Of a DNA stretch of 64,000 nucleotides, positions 20,988-31,353 are shown piece after piece. The first letter of the stretch is position 1, and each line of letters opens with the position of its first letter. Under the pieces are notes generated by a model. That model was not told the DNA's origin. It searched no databases and saw only the letters and a list, made by a program, of their open reading frames with translations. The DNA is from Thecamonas trahens ATCC 50062 (Eukaryota > Protista > Apusomonadida): the NCBI RefSeq assembly GCF_000142905.1, contig NW_013657652.1:248001-312000 (forward strand). Reading direction: 5' to 3'. Made by a program: the position numbers and the translations under genes.

Positions 20988-23900
20988 ATGAGCTTCTTCT
21001 CGCTCGATCCGGGCCTCGGCCGTGGAGGCAAGGACAAGCTGCTCGCCTCCAAGCGCCAGTACGTCGCGACCTTCCATTCTCTAACCCCCCCCCCCTCCCC
21101 CCCCTCCCCCCCNNNNNNNNNNNNNNNNNNNNNNNNNNNNNNNNNNNNNNNNNNNNNNNNNNNNNNNNNNNNNNNNNNNNNNNNNNNNNNNNNNNNNNNN
21201 NNNNNNNNNNNNAACCCCCGTCCTCCCCTTAGCTCACCATCACCACGACCCGGACCCGGTGTGTCTACAGAGCTCGCAAGGAACGGGCCCAGAAGCGCAG
21301 AGAGCACGAGGCTGCCACGCGCATTGTCGCCTTTCTGCGGCTGACGGCCGAGCTCGGCGCCGCACGCGACGCCGCCGCTGCCGAGCTGGCCCACACGCTC
21401 GCCGAGCTGGCCGAGAGCTCGATGCCGCCCCCGCAGGTGCTCTTCCGGGCGCTGGGCGCATTTGCTTTGGCGGCAGGCGCGTCAGGCGAACGCGTGGCGC
21501 CGTACGCCCACATCCTTGCCCTCAAGGTCGTCAAGTCTATGACCCTTCCCCGACCCGAGGTCTCGCTCGCGAGCTACGCGCTCGATGACACCACGCGCGA
21601 CCTGCTCTTTGCCCGCCTCGCCTGTCTCGCGCGTTGGGTGGTAGCTACGTTGCATAGTCTTGATCCGAAGTGTTCGGGTGTCCAGGCCATCCTCACCCTC
21701 GCACGGCTCTGCGAGAGCGCGCCGCTGCTCGCTGACACCTCGGCTGATTTGCGCGCGGCCTGTGGCCGCCTCGCTGCCGCTTTTGTAGCTGCGCCAGCCT
21801 TTCCGGCGCTTGTTGGCAAGTCGCTGGCAGAGCTGACTGAGCTGCACCCGGCGGGGCTTCTTGCCAGCGACGAGCTTTCGCTGGAGGCTGTGTTGGCGGC
21901 GCCAGTGACATCGCTCTACACCCCAGTGTCGGCCGTTCAACTGCCGCTCTCCATCGGGCTCGGTGTTCTCGCCTGGTCGTGGGCCTACCCACTCTCAGCG
22001 GCAGATCAAGAGGCTGGGGCCGTCCTGCTTGCCACACACGTGCTCGCGGTGCCTGCGCTGACCGCGCGGCTCCCACCGGCACTCACCAACCACATCTCGA
22101 GCCTTGTCGCCGCCGACGGTGGGGCCAAATTGGCAGTCCTAGGCTCGCCGACTTGCCGAGATGCGCTGCATGCTGCGCTGGCGCGCGCCCCGGCCTCGGC
22201 TGGTGCGCAGCATCTCGTCGCCAACTTGGCGGCTCTGCTCTCGGCCGAGACGCTGGCGGGCCTATCGGCTGATGGCCTCGGTGGCTACCTCACACTCACA
22301 CACGGTCTTGTTGCCAGCGTCCGTGCCGACCTCTTCCCGACCGCCCGAACGCTCAAGCCTCTCCGCCCACGCACCCGTGGGACCAGCTCTAACTCTGATT
22401 CCGACTCTGACTCAGACAACGGCGCGGGGCCGTCCGAGCTGGCACCGATGGAGGTGATCAGCGGTAGCGAGTCGACACTGGCAGCGCTGGCGCCGGTCGA
22501 TCTTCTCGACGCAGCCGTCCTCCACGCACTCCTCTCCCCAGCGCACGTCCAGGCACTCATTGAGGCCGCTGGTGCAGCCAAGACCATGTCGCAGCTGGCA
22601 GTGTGGATTGTGGCGTTTGTTCGCCTCTGGCCTGACGACCGCATCGCGCTCCTGCACACGCTCTGCTTCTCGGCGCCGCTCATCCCGCAGCTGTGGGAGC
22701 TCATCACCCACGCCACGCCGGCTGTGCCAGCGACGCTGGCTGACTACGCGGCACAGGTGTGCGGTGGCGCGGCTGTTGGCGATGCGTTCCAGCCGCTCTT
22801 CCCGCTCCTCTTGTTTCTTTGCGAGCTTGTGCACTTTGCGCTGCTGAGCGTCGACGATGAGGCTTTTGCGGACGAGCGCTTTGCGGCAACGCTGTTGTCG
22901 ACTCGGCAGACACTGGAGCTTGCAGGCAGTCTCAAACTTGTCCTCTTCCATAAGCTGCTCAACTCGAGCGGGAAGCCCAGCAGTGACGCCGAGGTGGCGG
23001 CTCTCGAGGTCGGTTCCAAGGTGCTGGACGACCTTGTGCGGCGCGACTCGCGGATCCACTTTACGTCGAGCGACGGCGGATTCTGGACGGCGGACACGCT
23101 CTCTCGCGGCGCGTTTGCGGCCCAGTTTGTACAGGAGCACGCCTCAGCCGACGAAGCCGAGCCATGGGCGCGTCTGTTTCGCACAAGCGCCAGCACTAGC
23201 ACTGCGCTCGACTATGTCAAACGGCCGGTCCGCGAGGTGCTGAGCAACCCACGAGTCGGCGCCACCGAGGCACTGCTGTCGGTTATGCCGTACGCAGTCT
23301 CATTTGATGACCGGGTCGTCGTTTTCCGACACCTCGTCCACGCCGACGCGATGTCACGGATTCCGCAACGGCACACGTTCTCCGTTCGACGCGACCATCT
23401 TGTGCAGGACGGCTACGACGGGTTTGCGCGGCTCGGAGATGGCGTCCGCGACGCGCTCAAGATCCAGTTTGTTGATGTCAACGGCGAGCTGGAGGCCGGA
23501 GTCGACGGCGGCGGCCTGTTCAAGGAGTTTATGAACCACCTGGTCAAGGCGGCGTTTGATCCCAACTATGGGCTCTTCTGTGAGACGCCGACCTCGCATC
23601 GGCTCTACCCGAACCCGCACTCGTCGTACTTTGCCGCCAACCACCTGGACCTGTTTTCATTCCTTGGCGCCGTTGTCGGCAAGGCGTTGTACGACGGGGT
23701 CCTTGTCGAGCTCCCGCTCGCCGACTTTTTCGTCCGCAAGATGCTGGGCTTTTCCAACCACGTCTACGACCTCGCCTCGCTCGATGCCGAGCTCCATGCT
23801 TCGCTGATGAAGCTCAAGTACCATGAGCCGGCGTCAGAAGTCGCCGACTGGGGCATCACTTTTGAGCTCACCGACGCTGTCCCGCAGCTCGAGCTCAACA

Positions 23901-24460
23901 CTTCGATCGAGCTTGTGCCCAACGGAGCTAGTGTGGCGGTCGACGGCTCGAACCGGAGCAAGTATGTGTACCTTGTGGCGCAGTACAAGCTCAACAGCTC
24001 GATCGCGCGGCAAAGTGCGGCATTCATGGCTGGTATGGCCTCGGTCGTCCCGCAGACGTGGCTCACCATGTTTGCACCGCACGAGGTCCAGATGCTGCTC
24101 TCGGGCTCCGAGGCTGGCGTCGACGTCGCCGACTGGGCGGCCCACACCCAGTACTCGGGCGGGTACACACCGTCTTCGCCAACGGTCCTGGCCTTTTGGA
24201 TGGTTGTTGCCGACATGACGCCCGAAGAGCAGTCAGACCTCCTCATGTTCGCCACCTCGTGCTCGCGGCCGCCTCTTCTCGGCTTTGGCGAGCTCCGGCC
24301 CAAGTTTTGCATTCACCGCGCAGGCACCGATACCTCGCGCCTGCCGACGGCGGCAACCTGCATGCACCTACTCAAGCTCCCCGACTACGGTGACGTCGAG
24401 CTGCTCCGCGCCAAGCTCTCGTACGCGGTCTCGACCAAGGCTGGCTTTGACCTCAGCTAA
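20988..24460 (+). CDS. HECT E3 ubiquitin ligase, UBE3B/UBE3C (Hul5)-like
   Basis: Intron 21059-21270 spans the N gap. IQ-like AATRIVAFLR, EAGVDGGGLFKEF, LYPNP, RLPTAATC (catalytic Cys), C-terminal GFDLS. Confidence 0.9.
21113..21212. other. Assembly gap (100 N) inside an intron
   Basis: Run of N flanked by poly-C tracts. Confidence 0.99.
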
Positions 24461-24470
24461 ACGCCGCGCA

Positions 24471-26225
24471 TCAGCCGACCAGCCGAGGCCACTCTGAATC
24501 CCATTGGCTCCCGACCTCACCCCACGACATGAGCGTCTGCGGATTGCCCTCGCAATCGGTCTCGTGGTAAAAGATGATCCGCAGGGGCGGGTACGCTGCA
24601 AAGGTGGCCACCAGCTCGCGCATCTCGTCGTCGAGCACGTAGTCGCACCAGGAGACATCGAGCGCGACGAGGTCCTGCCAGCCTGTGCGGAGCGACGGGC
24701 CCATGCCGGCGAGCGTAACCTGCTTGCAGCCCTGCAGCGAGATAATGCGCATGCCCTGGCACCGCTGAACAAGCGCCGCGACGCCGACATCAGTCACCTC
24801 GTTTGCCCACGAGACGTCGAGCCGGGTGCATGACGGCGCTATCGAGGCGAGCACCTCGTCGGTCACGGCGCTCATCCGCGCCAGATCGAGGACAACAAGC
24901 TCTTGCGCTGCCGCCACCAGTGCAGTCAGTGCCGGCGATGTCACCTCTTCACAGCATCGCAGTCGCAGCATGCTAAGGTGCGGACAGCCGTGCGCGAGCG
25001 CGTCGAGCGCGGCGTCGTCGACCTCGCTCCATCCGAGATCAAGTTTCTCTAGCCGCGGCGAGACCGCAGCGATGGCTGCGACACCTTCCGAACATACGCT
25101 AGTGTTGGCCAGGCCGAGTGTTGTGAGGCAACCGCCGGCGGCAGCCATCTCGTCCGCCCAAGCCACCAGCCAGGCATCGTCGATCCATGCGATAGCGCGG
25201 AGCTCGAGAGCAGTGAGATGGGCGAGGGAGCTTGAAGCGAGTGGCGAGTCCGGCAAGAGCTGGACAAACGATGACGCCAGCGAGAGCGAGGAGAGCGGAG
25301 CGTGTGTGGCGGCGACAATGGCAGACGCACCGGCGACGTCAAGATAGCGAATGCCACCGAGCGAGAGCGAGGTGAGCGCCGGGGCGCGCTGCACCAGCTT
25401 GACGATGGTGGCCACGTCACCGACAGGCTCGTCACAAACACAGTTGATGGCGTCGGTCAGTTCGAGGCCGCACAGTGAGAGGCACTCCAGCTGGCGGACG
25501 ACACGGGCGATTGCACTGTCGGGCGCGCGCTCCAGCCGCGACACCAGTAGCGAGGCCAGACTTACATCGGCCGAATATCCGAGATCGAGTGCCACGAGAT
25601 GGGGCGCGAGCTTGAGGAGCGCTGCCAGCTGGTCTTCGGCTAAATCCGAGCAGTAGTACAAGCGGAGCGAGCGGAGTGCCGTCAGCGGCGTGTCAGTAGC
25701 AGCAGCAGCAGCAGCAGCATGAAAGAGAGCGGGACCCAAGTCTGAGAACGAGATGTCGAGCGAGACGAGGCCTGGCGCAGCCGGCGACGCCAGAATCGCG
25801 GCTAAAACACGGCCAACACCGCCATGAGTCGCGTCAATGTTGGCGAGCGAGAGATGCGCGACGCTGCGGAGCGAGAGCAGCGCATCGGCGAGGCGCGGCG
25901 CAGCGGCCGTCGCAGGGTTCGGCGACGGCGCGCCCGAGTACATCCACGTTGTTGTGGCGGCGTGCGAAGCTGCAGTGAGTGGCGCATCAAGAAGGTGCGG
26001 CGTTATGACCAGAGACTGCAGCGGGAGCGCGGTGGCGATCACAGCCTCGAGCAGCGGCAGAGAGAGCACGCGGCGCGCGGCAGCCCACTCGACAAGACGG
26101 GCGGCGACGTCCGCGGTGAGCGCCCCGGGGACGGCCATAGCGGTAGCCATAGACCGCGAAGCTGGGCCACCCTCCCGAAAGGTGGCGGCGATGGCAGCCA
26201 TAGCTGCGTCCTGGAGGCATGCCAT
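24471..26225 (-). CDS. Cys-containing leucine-rich repeat protein (F-box/LRR, AMN1-like repeats)
   Basis: Repeated LxxLxLxxC/WxxVTD units. Start at ATG 26225 (MACLQ). Confidence 0.8.
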   Translation of the reverse strand: MACLQDAAMAAIAATFREGGPASRSMATAMAVPGALTADVAARLVEWAAARRVLSLPLLEAVIATALPLQSLVITPHLLDAPLTAASHAATTTWMYSGAPSPNPATAAAPRLADALLSLRSVAHLSLANIDATHGGVGRVLAAILASPAAPGLVSLDISFSDLGPALFHAAAAAAATDTPLTALRSLRLYYCSDLAEDQLAALLKLAPHLVALDLGYSADVSLASLLVSRLERAPDSAIARVVRQLECLSLCGLELTDAINCVCDEPVGDVATIVKLVQRAPALTSLSLGGIRYLDVAGASAIVAATHAPLSSLSLASSFVQLLPDSPLASSSLAHLTALELRAIAWIDDAWLVAWADEMAAAGGCLTTLGLANTSVCSEGVAAIAAVSPRLEKLDLGWSEVDDAALDALAHGCPHLSMLRLRCCEEVTSPALTALVAAAQELVVLDLARMSAVTDEVLASIAPSCTRLDVSWANEVTDVGVAALVQRCQGMRIISLQGCKQVTLAGMGPSLRTGWQDLVALDVSWCDYVLDDEMRELVATFAAYPPLRIIFYHETDCEGNPQTLMSWGEVGSQWDSEWPRLVG

Positions 26226-26445
26226 GTGTCCGGAGGAGTGGTGAGGGGTGTGGGCAGGAGGGCTGGAGGGGTGGGCTGGAAGGAATGGAGGAAGGAATGG
26301 CTGTCGGAGGACAGGCGGCCGACACTTGCGCGACACAGCGTCGTACCCGCACCGACCACATTACACCGTACCGCACCGCACCCACACTCCGGGCTCCACC
26401 GTCTCCTCCTCTCCTCCCCCTCCCCCCCTCCCCCCTCCTCCACAC

Positions 26446-27762
26446 ATGCCCAGAGTGGTCGACAAGGCGCGCCAGGCGCACAAGCTGGCGAGCCATTACG
26501 CGGCACTGGCTGGGAAGGCAAAGACAGAGGGCGAAGAGGTGGCTGGTCAGGTGGCGGCACGCAACGCTCCGCTCCACGATGTCTTCTCCCGGCTCTCTCA
26601 AGGCACACAGGCCGTGCTCCACGTCATGATCCACTACGGGCACTCGGTCGGCGACATGGAGGCGACGCTGGCCACCTTTGCCGAACTCGTCACCACCATC
26701 CGTGGCGAGTTGGAGACCGTACTGCAGGATCTGGCGGCGACCAAGCTGGAGGACGGCCACACAGCCGGGCCTGGCCTCGCCTCGCTCTTCGACTTTGTCG
26801 ACTCGGACTCGGTCTATGGCTTGCTCGGCGATCTGGACGTTCACTTTGCACACTTGCGCCGGCTGTATGTCTTTCTCAAGCAGAACCTGCGGGTGGTGCA
26901 GGGCAAGCACGTCTCGTGCGTCCGAGCCCTGGAGGATTCGTACACGCGCTGGGCCACCGAGTACCCGCGCAAGACCGGGCCCGAGATGCGGACGCTGCTG
27001 GCCGCCATGGACGCGGCTGCGGCGACGCTTGCGGCCGGCGAGCTCACCGTCAACGAGCACCTCGCCGCCGTCTCTGCGCCCGATGCCCCGCTGACCGGCG
27101 ACGCCGCCAAGGCCTCGCACGCCAAGGTCTCCGAAACCGTTCTTGCCATGTACGAGGCCCACCACACGGTGCTCTCAGCCAAGGCCTCGCTTGAGCGCAT
27201 TCACGCTTCACAGGCCTCGGTCTTCACTGCAGGGGTCGAGCTCGCCGCCGCCCTGGTCGACCTCGAGCCTGAGCTCGCCTCCAAAATCGCGCTGCTCGAC
27301 AATCTCGAGTTTCAGTTCTCGGACGGTCTGCAGAAGCTCATCGCCACTTACTCTGAGCTGCACCATCTCACGGCATGGTACACCGCCTTTGCCGAGGCCT
27401 ACGCCGAGCTCGGGACCGAGGCGCTACGAAGGCACGCTGCGCACACCCGCCTTCACGACTACATCGCCTCTGTCAACACCACCCTCGCTGCCATGGCCAC
27501 CGAGGAGCGGGAAGCGCGCGCGCTATTTTTCGAGAACTACGGCCGCTTCCTTCCTTCGGCGCTCTACACCCACACCGATGAGCCGCAGTGGGGCGTGGTC
27601 CAGCTCACCGCGCCTTTGCCGAACCCCGGAGCCGCCAGCGTCACCGAGCCAAGCGATCAGATCGCCAGTGAGCCTGGCAAGGGTGGTCTTGCACTCGCGT
27701 CTGCACTCGACCCCGCCGCTGCCGCTGCGACTCTCGTTGCTGCACCAGCATTGTCCGAGTGA
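26446..27762 (+). CDS. ATG17: Autophagy scaffold Atg17-like protein
   Basis: Helical protein with L..WY..F..AY..L..E..RR and E...R..F...YG.FLP..L, the Atg17-domain C-terminal signature. Confidence 0.7.
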   Translation: MPRVVDKARQAHKLASHYAALAGKAKTEGEEVAGQVAARNAPLHDVFSRLSQGTQAVLHVMIHYGHSVGDMEATLATFAELVTTIRGELETVLQDLAATKLEDGHTAGPGLASLFDFVDSDSVYGLLGDLDVHFAHLRRLYVFLKQNLRVVQGKHVSCVRALEDSYTRWATEYPRKTGPEMRTLLAAMDAAAATLAAGELTVNEHLAAVSAPDAPLTGDAAKASHAKVSETVLAMYEAHHTVLSAKASLERIHASQASVFTAGVELAAALVDLEPELASKIALLDNLEFQFSDGLQKLIATYSELHHLTAWYTAFAEAYAELGTEALRRHAAHTRLHDYIASVNTTLAAMATEEREARALFFENYGRFLPSALYTHTDEPQWGVVQLTAPLPNPGAASVTEPSDQIASEPGKGGLALASALDPAAAAATLVAAPALSE

Positions 27763-27892
27763 ATAAAGTGATTTCTGCATCGTGGCGCGGCAGACGGCCG
27801 AGTGCGGGTGGAGAGAGCCACCGAGAGCCGAGTGCGGACGGGAGTCGGCGACCGGGCGACGGCGGAACGGCACATTTGTCGCTGAGACCAAC

Positions 27893-28522
27893 ATGAACGC
27901 CTTGAGCATTGCGCGCAACATGCTCCGCAAGGGGCTGCCCCGCTCGCTCAAGGAGCTGTACTACTCAGGCACGGTCAAGGGAGGACGCTTTGTGGGCAAG
28001 GACCAGTTCGGTAACGAGTACTACGAGGACCTGGAGGACTTGTATGGTAGGTACCACCGCAGCGCGAGGGCACTTGCCGCCCTGCCCACCCATGGCCTCC
28101 CCTCCACCCCCGCCTCGACCCGCAGCCACCGCCCCTCCCCCCTCCCCTCCGCTCTCTCCCCTCCGCTCTCTCCCCACGGGCGAAGCATGCCCGCCAAAGA
28201 TGTCGACTCACTGCGTGTACCGAGTGTGGGTGTAGGCAAGAACCGCTACGTGCTGTACGGCAACCCGGCCGAGATGGAGGCGACAGCGGTGCCGGCCGAG
28301 TGGCACTCGTGGATGTGCCAGATGAAGGACACGCCGCCGTCGGCTGGCGCGGTTGTCGAGCGCAAGTTCTTCGAGGCCGAGCACACGCCCAACGGGACTG
28401 GCACTGCCACCTCGTACACGGCCACCAACTCGCTCGATGGCGTCAAGAACGACACCGTCGAGGTCTGGCGCAAGGACTCTCCCACCGAGATCAAGCCGCG
28501 CGAGTACCCGGCCCACTTCTGA
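27893..28522 (+). CDS. NDUFA12: NADH dehydrogenase 1 alpha subcomplex subunit 12 (B17.2)
   Basis: GRFVGKDQFGNEYYE, RYVLY, VPAEWHSW, NGTGT. Intron 28047-28235. Confidence 0.9.
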   Translation: MNALSIARNMLRKGLPRSLKELYYSGTVKGGRFVGKDQFGNEYYEDLEDLYGRYHRSARALAALPTHGLPSTPASTRSHRPSPLPSALSPPLSPHGRSMPAKDVDSLRVPSVGVGKNRYVLYGNPAEMEATAVPAEWHSWMCQMKDTPPSAGAVVERKFFEAEHTPNGTGTATSYTATNSLDGVKNDTVEVWRKDSPTEIKPREYPAHF

Positions 28523-28635
28523 CTTGCCCCCCGAGCTCCATCGCGTCTCGTCCGCCTCGTCTGTCACCCGCCTCTATGATGGATGATCATAAAGTTGCTT
28601 CCGCTGCGGGGATCTGGCCTGTCTACATTTGTGTT

Positions 28636-29718
28636 CTATCTATCCCCCTTGCGGTTTGCCGCCTTGAGCTTGGCCTTTGCTGCCTTGGGCTTGGCCTGTG
28701 CCGTCTTGGGCTTGGACTTGGCTTTGCTCCGCGACTCGATGCCGCGGACCCTGCCCTTGCCCAGCGTGGCGCGCATCGCGCTCGGCACCTTGTGTTGGGT
28801 GGCGTCAAACCAGACGGTGCGTGCAGCCTTGTCACGTACGCTCTCCAGCTTACCGTAGGCCGTCAGCCACGCAGCAAACGCGCCTTCTTTCGCCTTGGCC
28901 GGCTCGTACGCCTCGGCAAGCTGCATGACCTCGTGCGGGATAGAGGCGACGAGCTTGAGCATCTGCCCGCCCTGCGGCAGCTCCAGCGCTTCGTCGAGGG
29001 TGATGAACGGCGAGAGACCGGCGCGGTGCATGATCTCGGCGCGCAAGTAGTTGCCGATGCCGTTAAAGTACCGCTGGTTGAGCAGCGCGTCGCAGAGCAT
29101 CTTGCCAAATGCTGCGGTCCCGCGGCCGCGCTCTATGTTCGCCGCAAAGGCGGCGGGCTCGCGAAGCGGATCAGGCCCGCGCCCGGCGGTCCATGTGGCC
29201 TTGGCCTCACCGGCGGCGTGGCACCGCCACCGCGACAGCCGGCGCATATCCTCGAACACCAGGACCGAGCCATCGTCCCCCTCGAAACGCAGGTGCGCAT
29301 GGCGCGGCATCTCCTCGCCCGGCTCAACAACCTTCCACGTCCCGGTCATGCCCATGCCGACCACCAGCACCAGACCATCCTTGCCGGATGCGGCGGCCAG
29401 TGCGGCAATCAGCTCGTCGCGCACACCCGCAGCGGCCAGCGCAGCCGTCGACGGTGCCGGCCCCAGCTCCGCCTCGGCTGCCGCCGTCGCCGCCACTACC
29501 TTGCCTAGCAGCGAGCGCGTCGGTGCGGCAGCAAGCAGCAGTTCCTTGCCGCGTGAGACAGCGGCTACGACGCAGCCGGACGCCGTGCCCGGCCGCAGCG
29601 GCAAGAGCGGCGCAGGCGACTTGTGGACCGGCGACTTGGTCAGCGCCACCACTCGGGTCCGCACCGCCCACCGGTTGATGGTCTGCGACATGGCGTAGAT
29701 CTCGGCATGCTCCGGCAT
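28636..29718 (-). CDS. NEIL1: Fpg/Nei DNA glycosylase, NEIL1-like
   Basis: N-terminal MPE, SRGKEL, GMGMTG, HAHLRF, FEDMRR, H2TH LLNQRYFNGIGNYLRAEI; Lys-rich tail. Confidence 0.88.
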   Translation of the reverse strand: MPEHAEIYAMSQTINRWAVRTRVVALTKSPVHKSPAPLLPLRPGTASGCVVAAVSRGKELLLAAAPTRSLLGKVVAATAAAEAELGPAPSTAALAAAGVRDELIAALAAASGKDGLVLVVGMGMTGTWKVVEPGEEMPRHAHLRFEGDDGSVLVFEDMRRLSRWRCHAAGEAKATWTAGRGPDPLREPAAFAANIERGRGTAAFGKMLCDALLNQRYFNGIGNYLRAEIMHRAGLSPFITLDEALELPQGGQMLKLVASIPHEVMQLAEAYEPAKAKEGAFAAWLTAYGKLESVRDKAARTVWFDATQHKVPSAMRATLGKGRVRGIESRSKAKSKPKTAQAKPKAAKAKLKAANRKGDR

Positions 29719-30297
29719 GGCTCGGTGCGGCGACTCGTATCCCTCTTGCGGCGACTCGTGCCTACGACAGATGCTGGACACGATGGCTGTTCTCAGCCTT
29801 TGCCACTGGTGGAGCAAAGCTGCTGGCAGCCGAGTCGGCGGACCTGTTGCTCTCGTCGTTCCGGCTCAAGTGCGGGCATAGATGCTCCGCCTTCCGCGGA
29901 CGATGGTCACTCTGCACCGGCTACCCGGCGCCGACATGGGATAACTATTCGCTGGCGGTGTGCTTGCGGACAAGCGACCCGTCGGCTGATGTGGCGGCCT
30001 TTGGCTACGATTCGCGGGCAGGCGTGCTCACCCAGCCCGCGCTGTGGTGGCGATCGACGGTCTGGTGCTGGTGGCGGCGGCGGCCGATGTTGCGGCCGTG
30101 CTGCCAGACTACCGCATCTTCATTGTCCCTGCTGGTAGTGACCAGCGACATGAGCTGGTTCAACCCGATCCTGATGCGGCCTCCCGACGCCCAGCCGCAT
30201 GGCAGCCCCATGGCCGGCCACAACCTTCGCCTAGTTCCGGCTCGACATCATGGAGGACGTCACCGAGTCCCTCGCCCAGCACAGCGGTTGAGAGGGC

Positions 30298-31035
30298 TCA
30301 CGGCGCGAGACCACGGAGGGTTACATGCAGCGCCTCGGTCGGCATCCATGTGTAGGCGTCCGGCATGGCGGCGTCGACCTCGTCGCGGAACGCGTCGATG
30401 ATGGCCAGCAGGACGCTGACGGCATCGGGCGGGCCCATGGCCGCCACATCGGCCACCAGCGTGGCACCTACCGCCGAGCCGGTGTAGTGACTCGCCCGGT
30501 TGCCAGCTCGGCTAGCGTTGTCCAGGTACTCGGCGGCCGGCGCCGTCGCCTCGGCCACCACGCTTGCCACATGCGCCGCGTGCGCCTCGTCGCTGCACAC
30601 CATCATAGCATCGGTGCCGTCGGCAGCTTCACCACGCCCCAGCGGCATCCGAAGGCTCGCCAGCCGGGCCTCGGGGGCCAGCGCCCGGTTGCCGTACGTC
30701 ACCGCCGCCAGCTCGGTCACCTCGAGCTTGAGCTCGGCTAGCGCCTCTGCGGCAGCCGCACCGGCCTCAGTCAGCGCCTCCAGCTGGGCCTCACTCAGTG
30801 TCGCATCGTCAGCCAGCGCCGCCAGTGTCGTCTTGGGCCAGCTCGAGCCCGGCGACTCGCGTGGTAGGCCTGGGACAGCGTCGCTCAGGCGCTCCTTGAG
30901 CCCCAGTGCCGCGTCCGGGAACGGCGCATACGCAAGGACGAGCACGCCCGACCACGCCACAATGATGTGCTGAGGGGAGAGGACAAACGCTGGCGTCGCC
31001 TCGGCTAGCTCGACAAGCACACCGCTTCCAGCCAT
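30298..31035 (-). CDS. Uncharacterised protein, possible 2H-phosphoesterase-like fold
   Basis: Clear coding bias. C-terminal LHVTL (HxT motif) and an N-terminal counterpart WPKTTL. Confidence 0.6.
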   Translation of the reverse strand: MAGSGVLVELAEATPAFVLSPQHIIVAWSGVLVLAYAPFPDAALGLKERLSDAVPGLPRESPGSSWPKTTLAALADDATLSEAQLEALTEAGAAAAEALAELKLEVTELAAVTYGNRALAPEARLASLRMPLGRGEAADGTDAMMVCSDEAHAAHVASVVAEATAPAAEYLDNASRAGNRASHYTGSAVGATLVADVAAMGPPDAVSVLLAIIDAFRDEVDAAMPDAYTWMPTEALHVTLRGLAP

Positions 31036-31353
31036 CGCGCCGTAGCGTGTAGTGTGGCACCTTGACGGTTCAATACATCCCATCCCTCCGTCCAACTCTA
31101 CCAGAATTGGTCGCACGATGTTCGTCGCCAAATTTGTTTGTTCCCGTGCCACTAATCTCCACTTCTCCTTCACCGCTTTTTCACCACCTCTCCCGCCCCC
31201 CCGCCCCCCACCCCCCCACCCCCTACCCCCACCCCCGTCCCTCTCCCTCGCTTCCTCCCTTCTCCCCTTACCCTCCACTGCCCCCCACCCGTGACCCTCC
31301 TTCCTTCGTCAACCTCCTCCTCTTTCTCCCCTTTCTCCCCTTTCTCCCAACCC

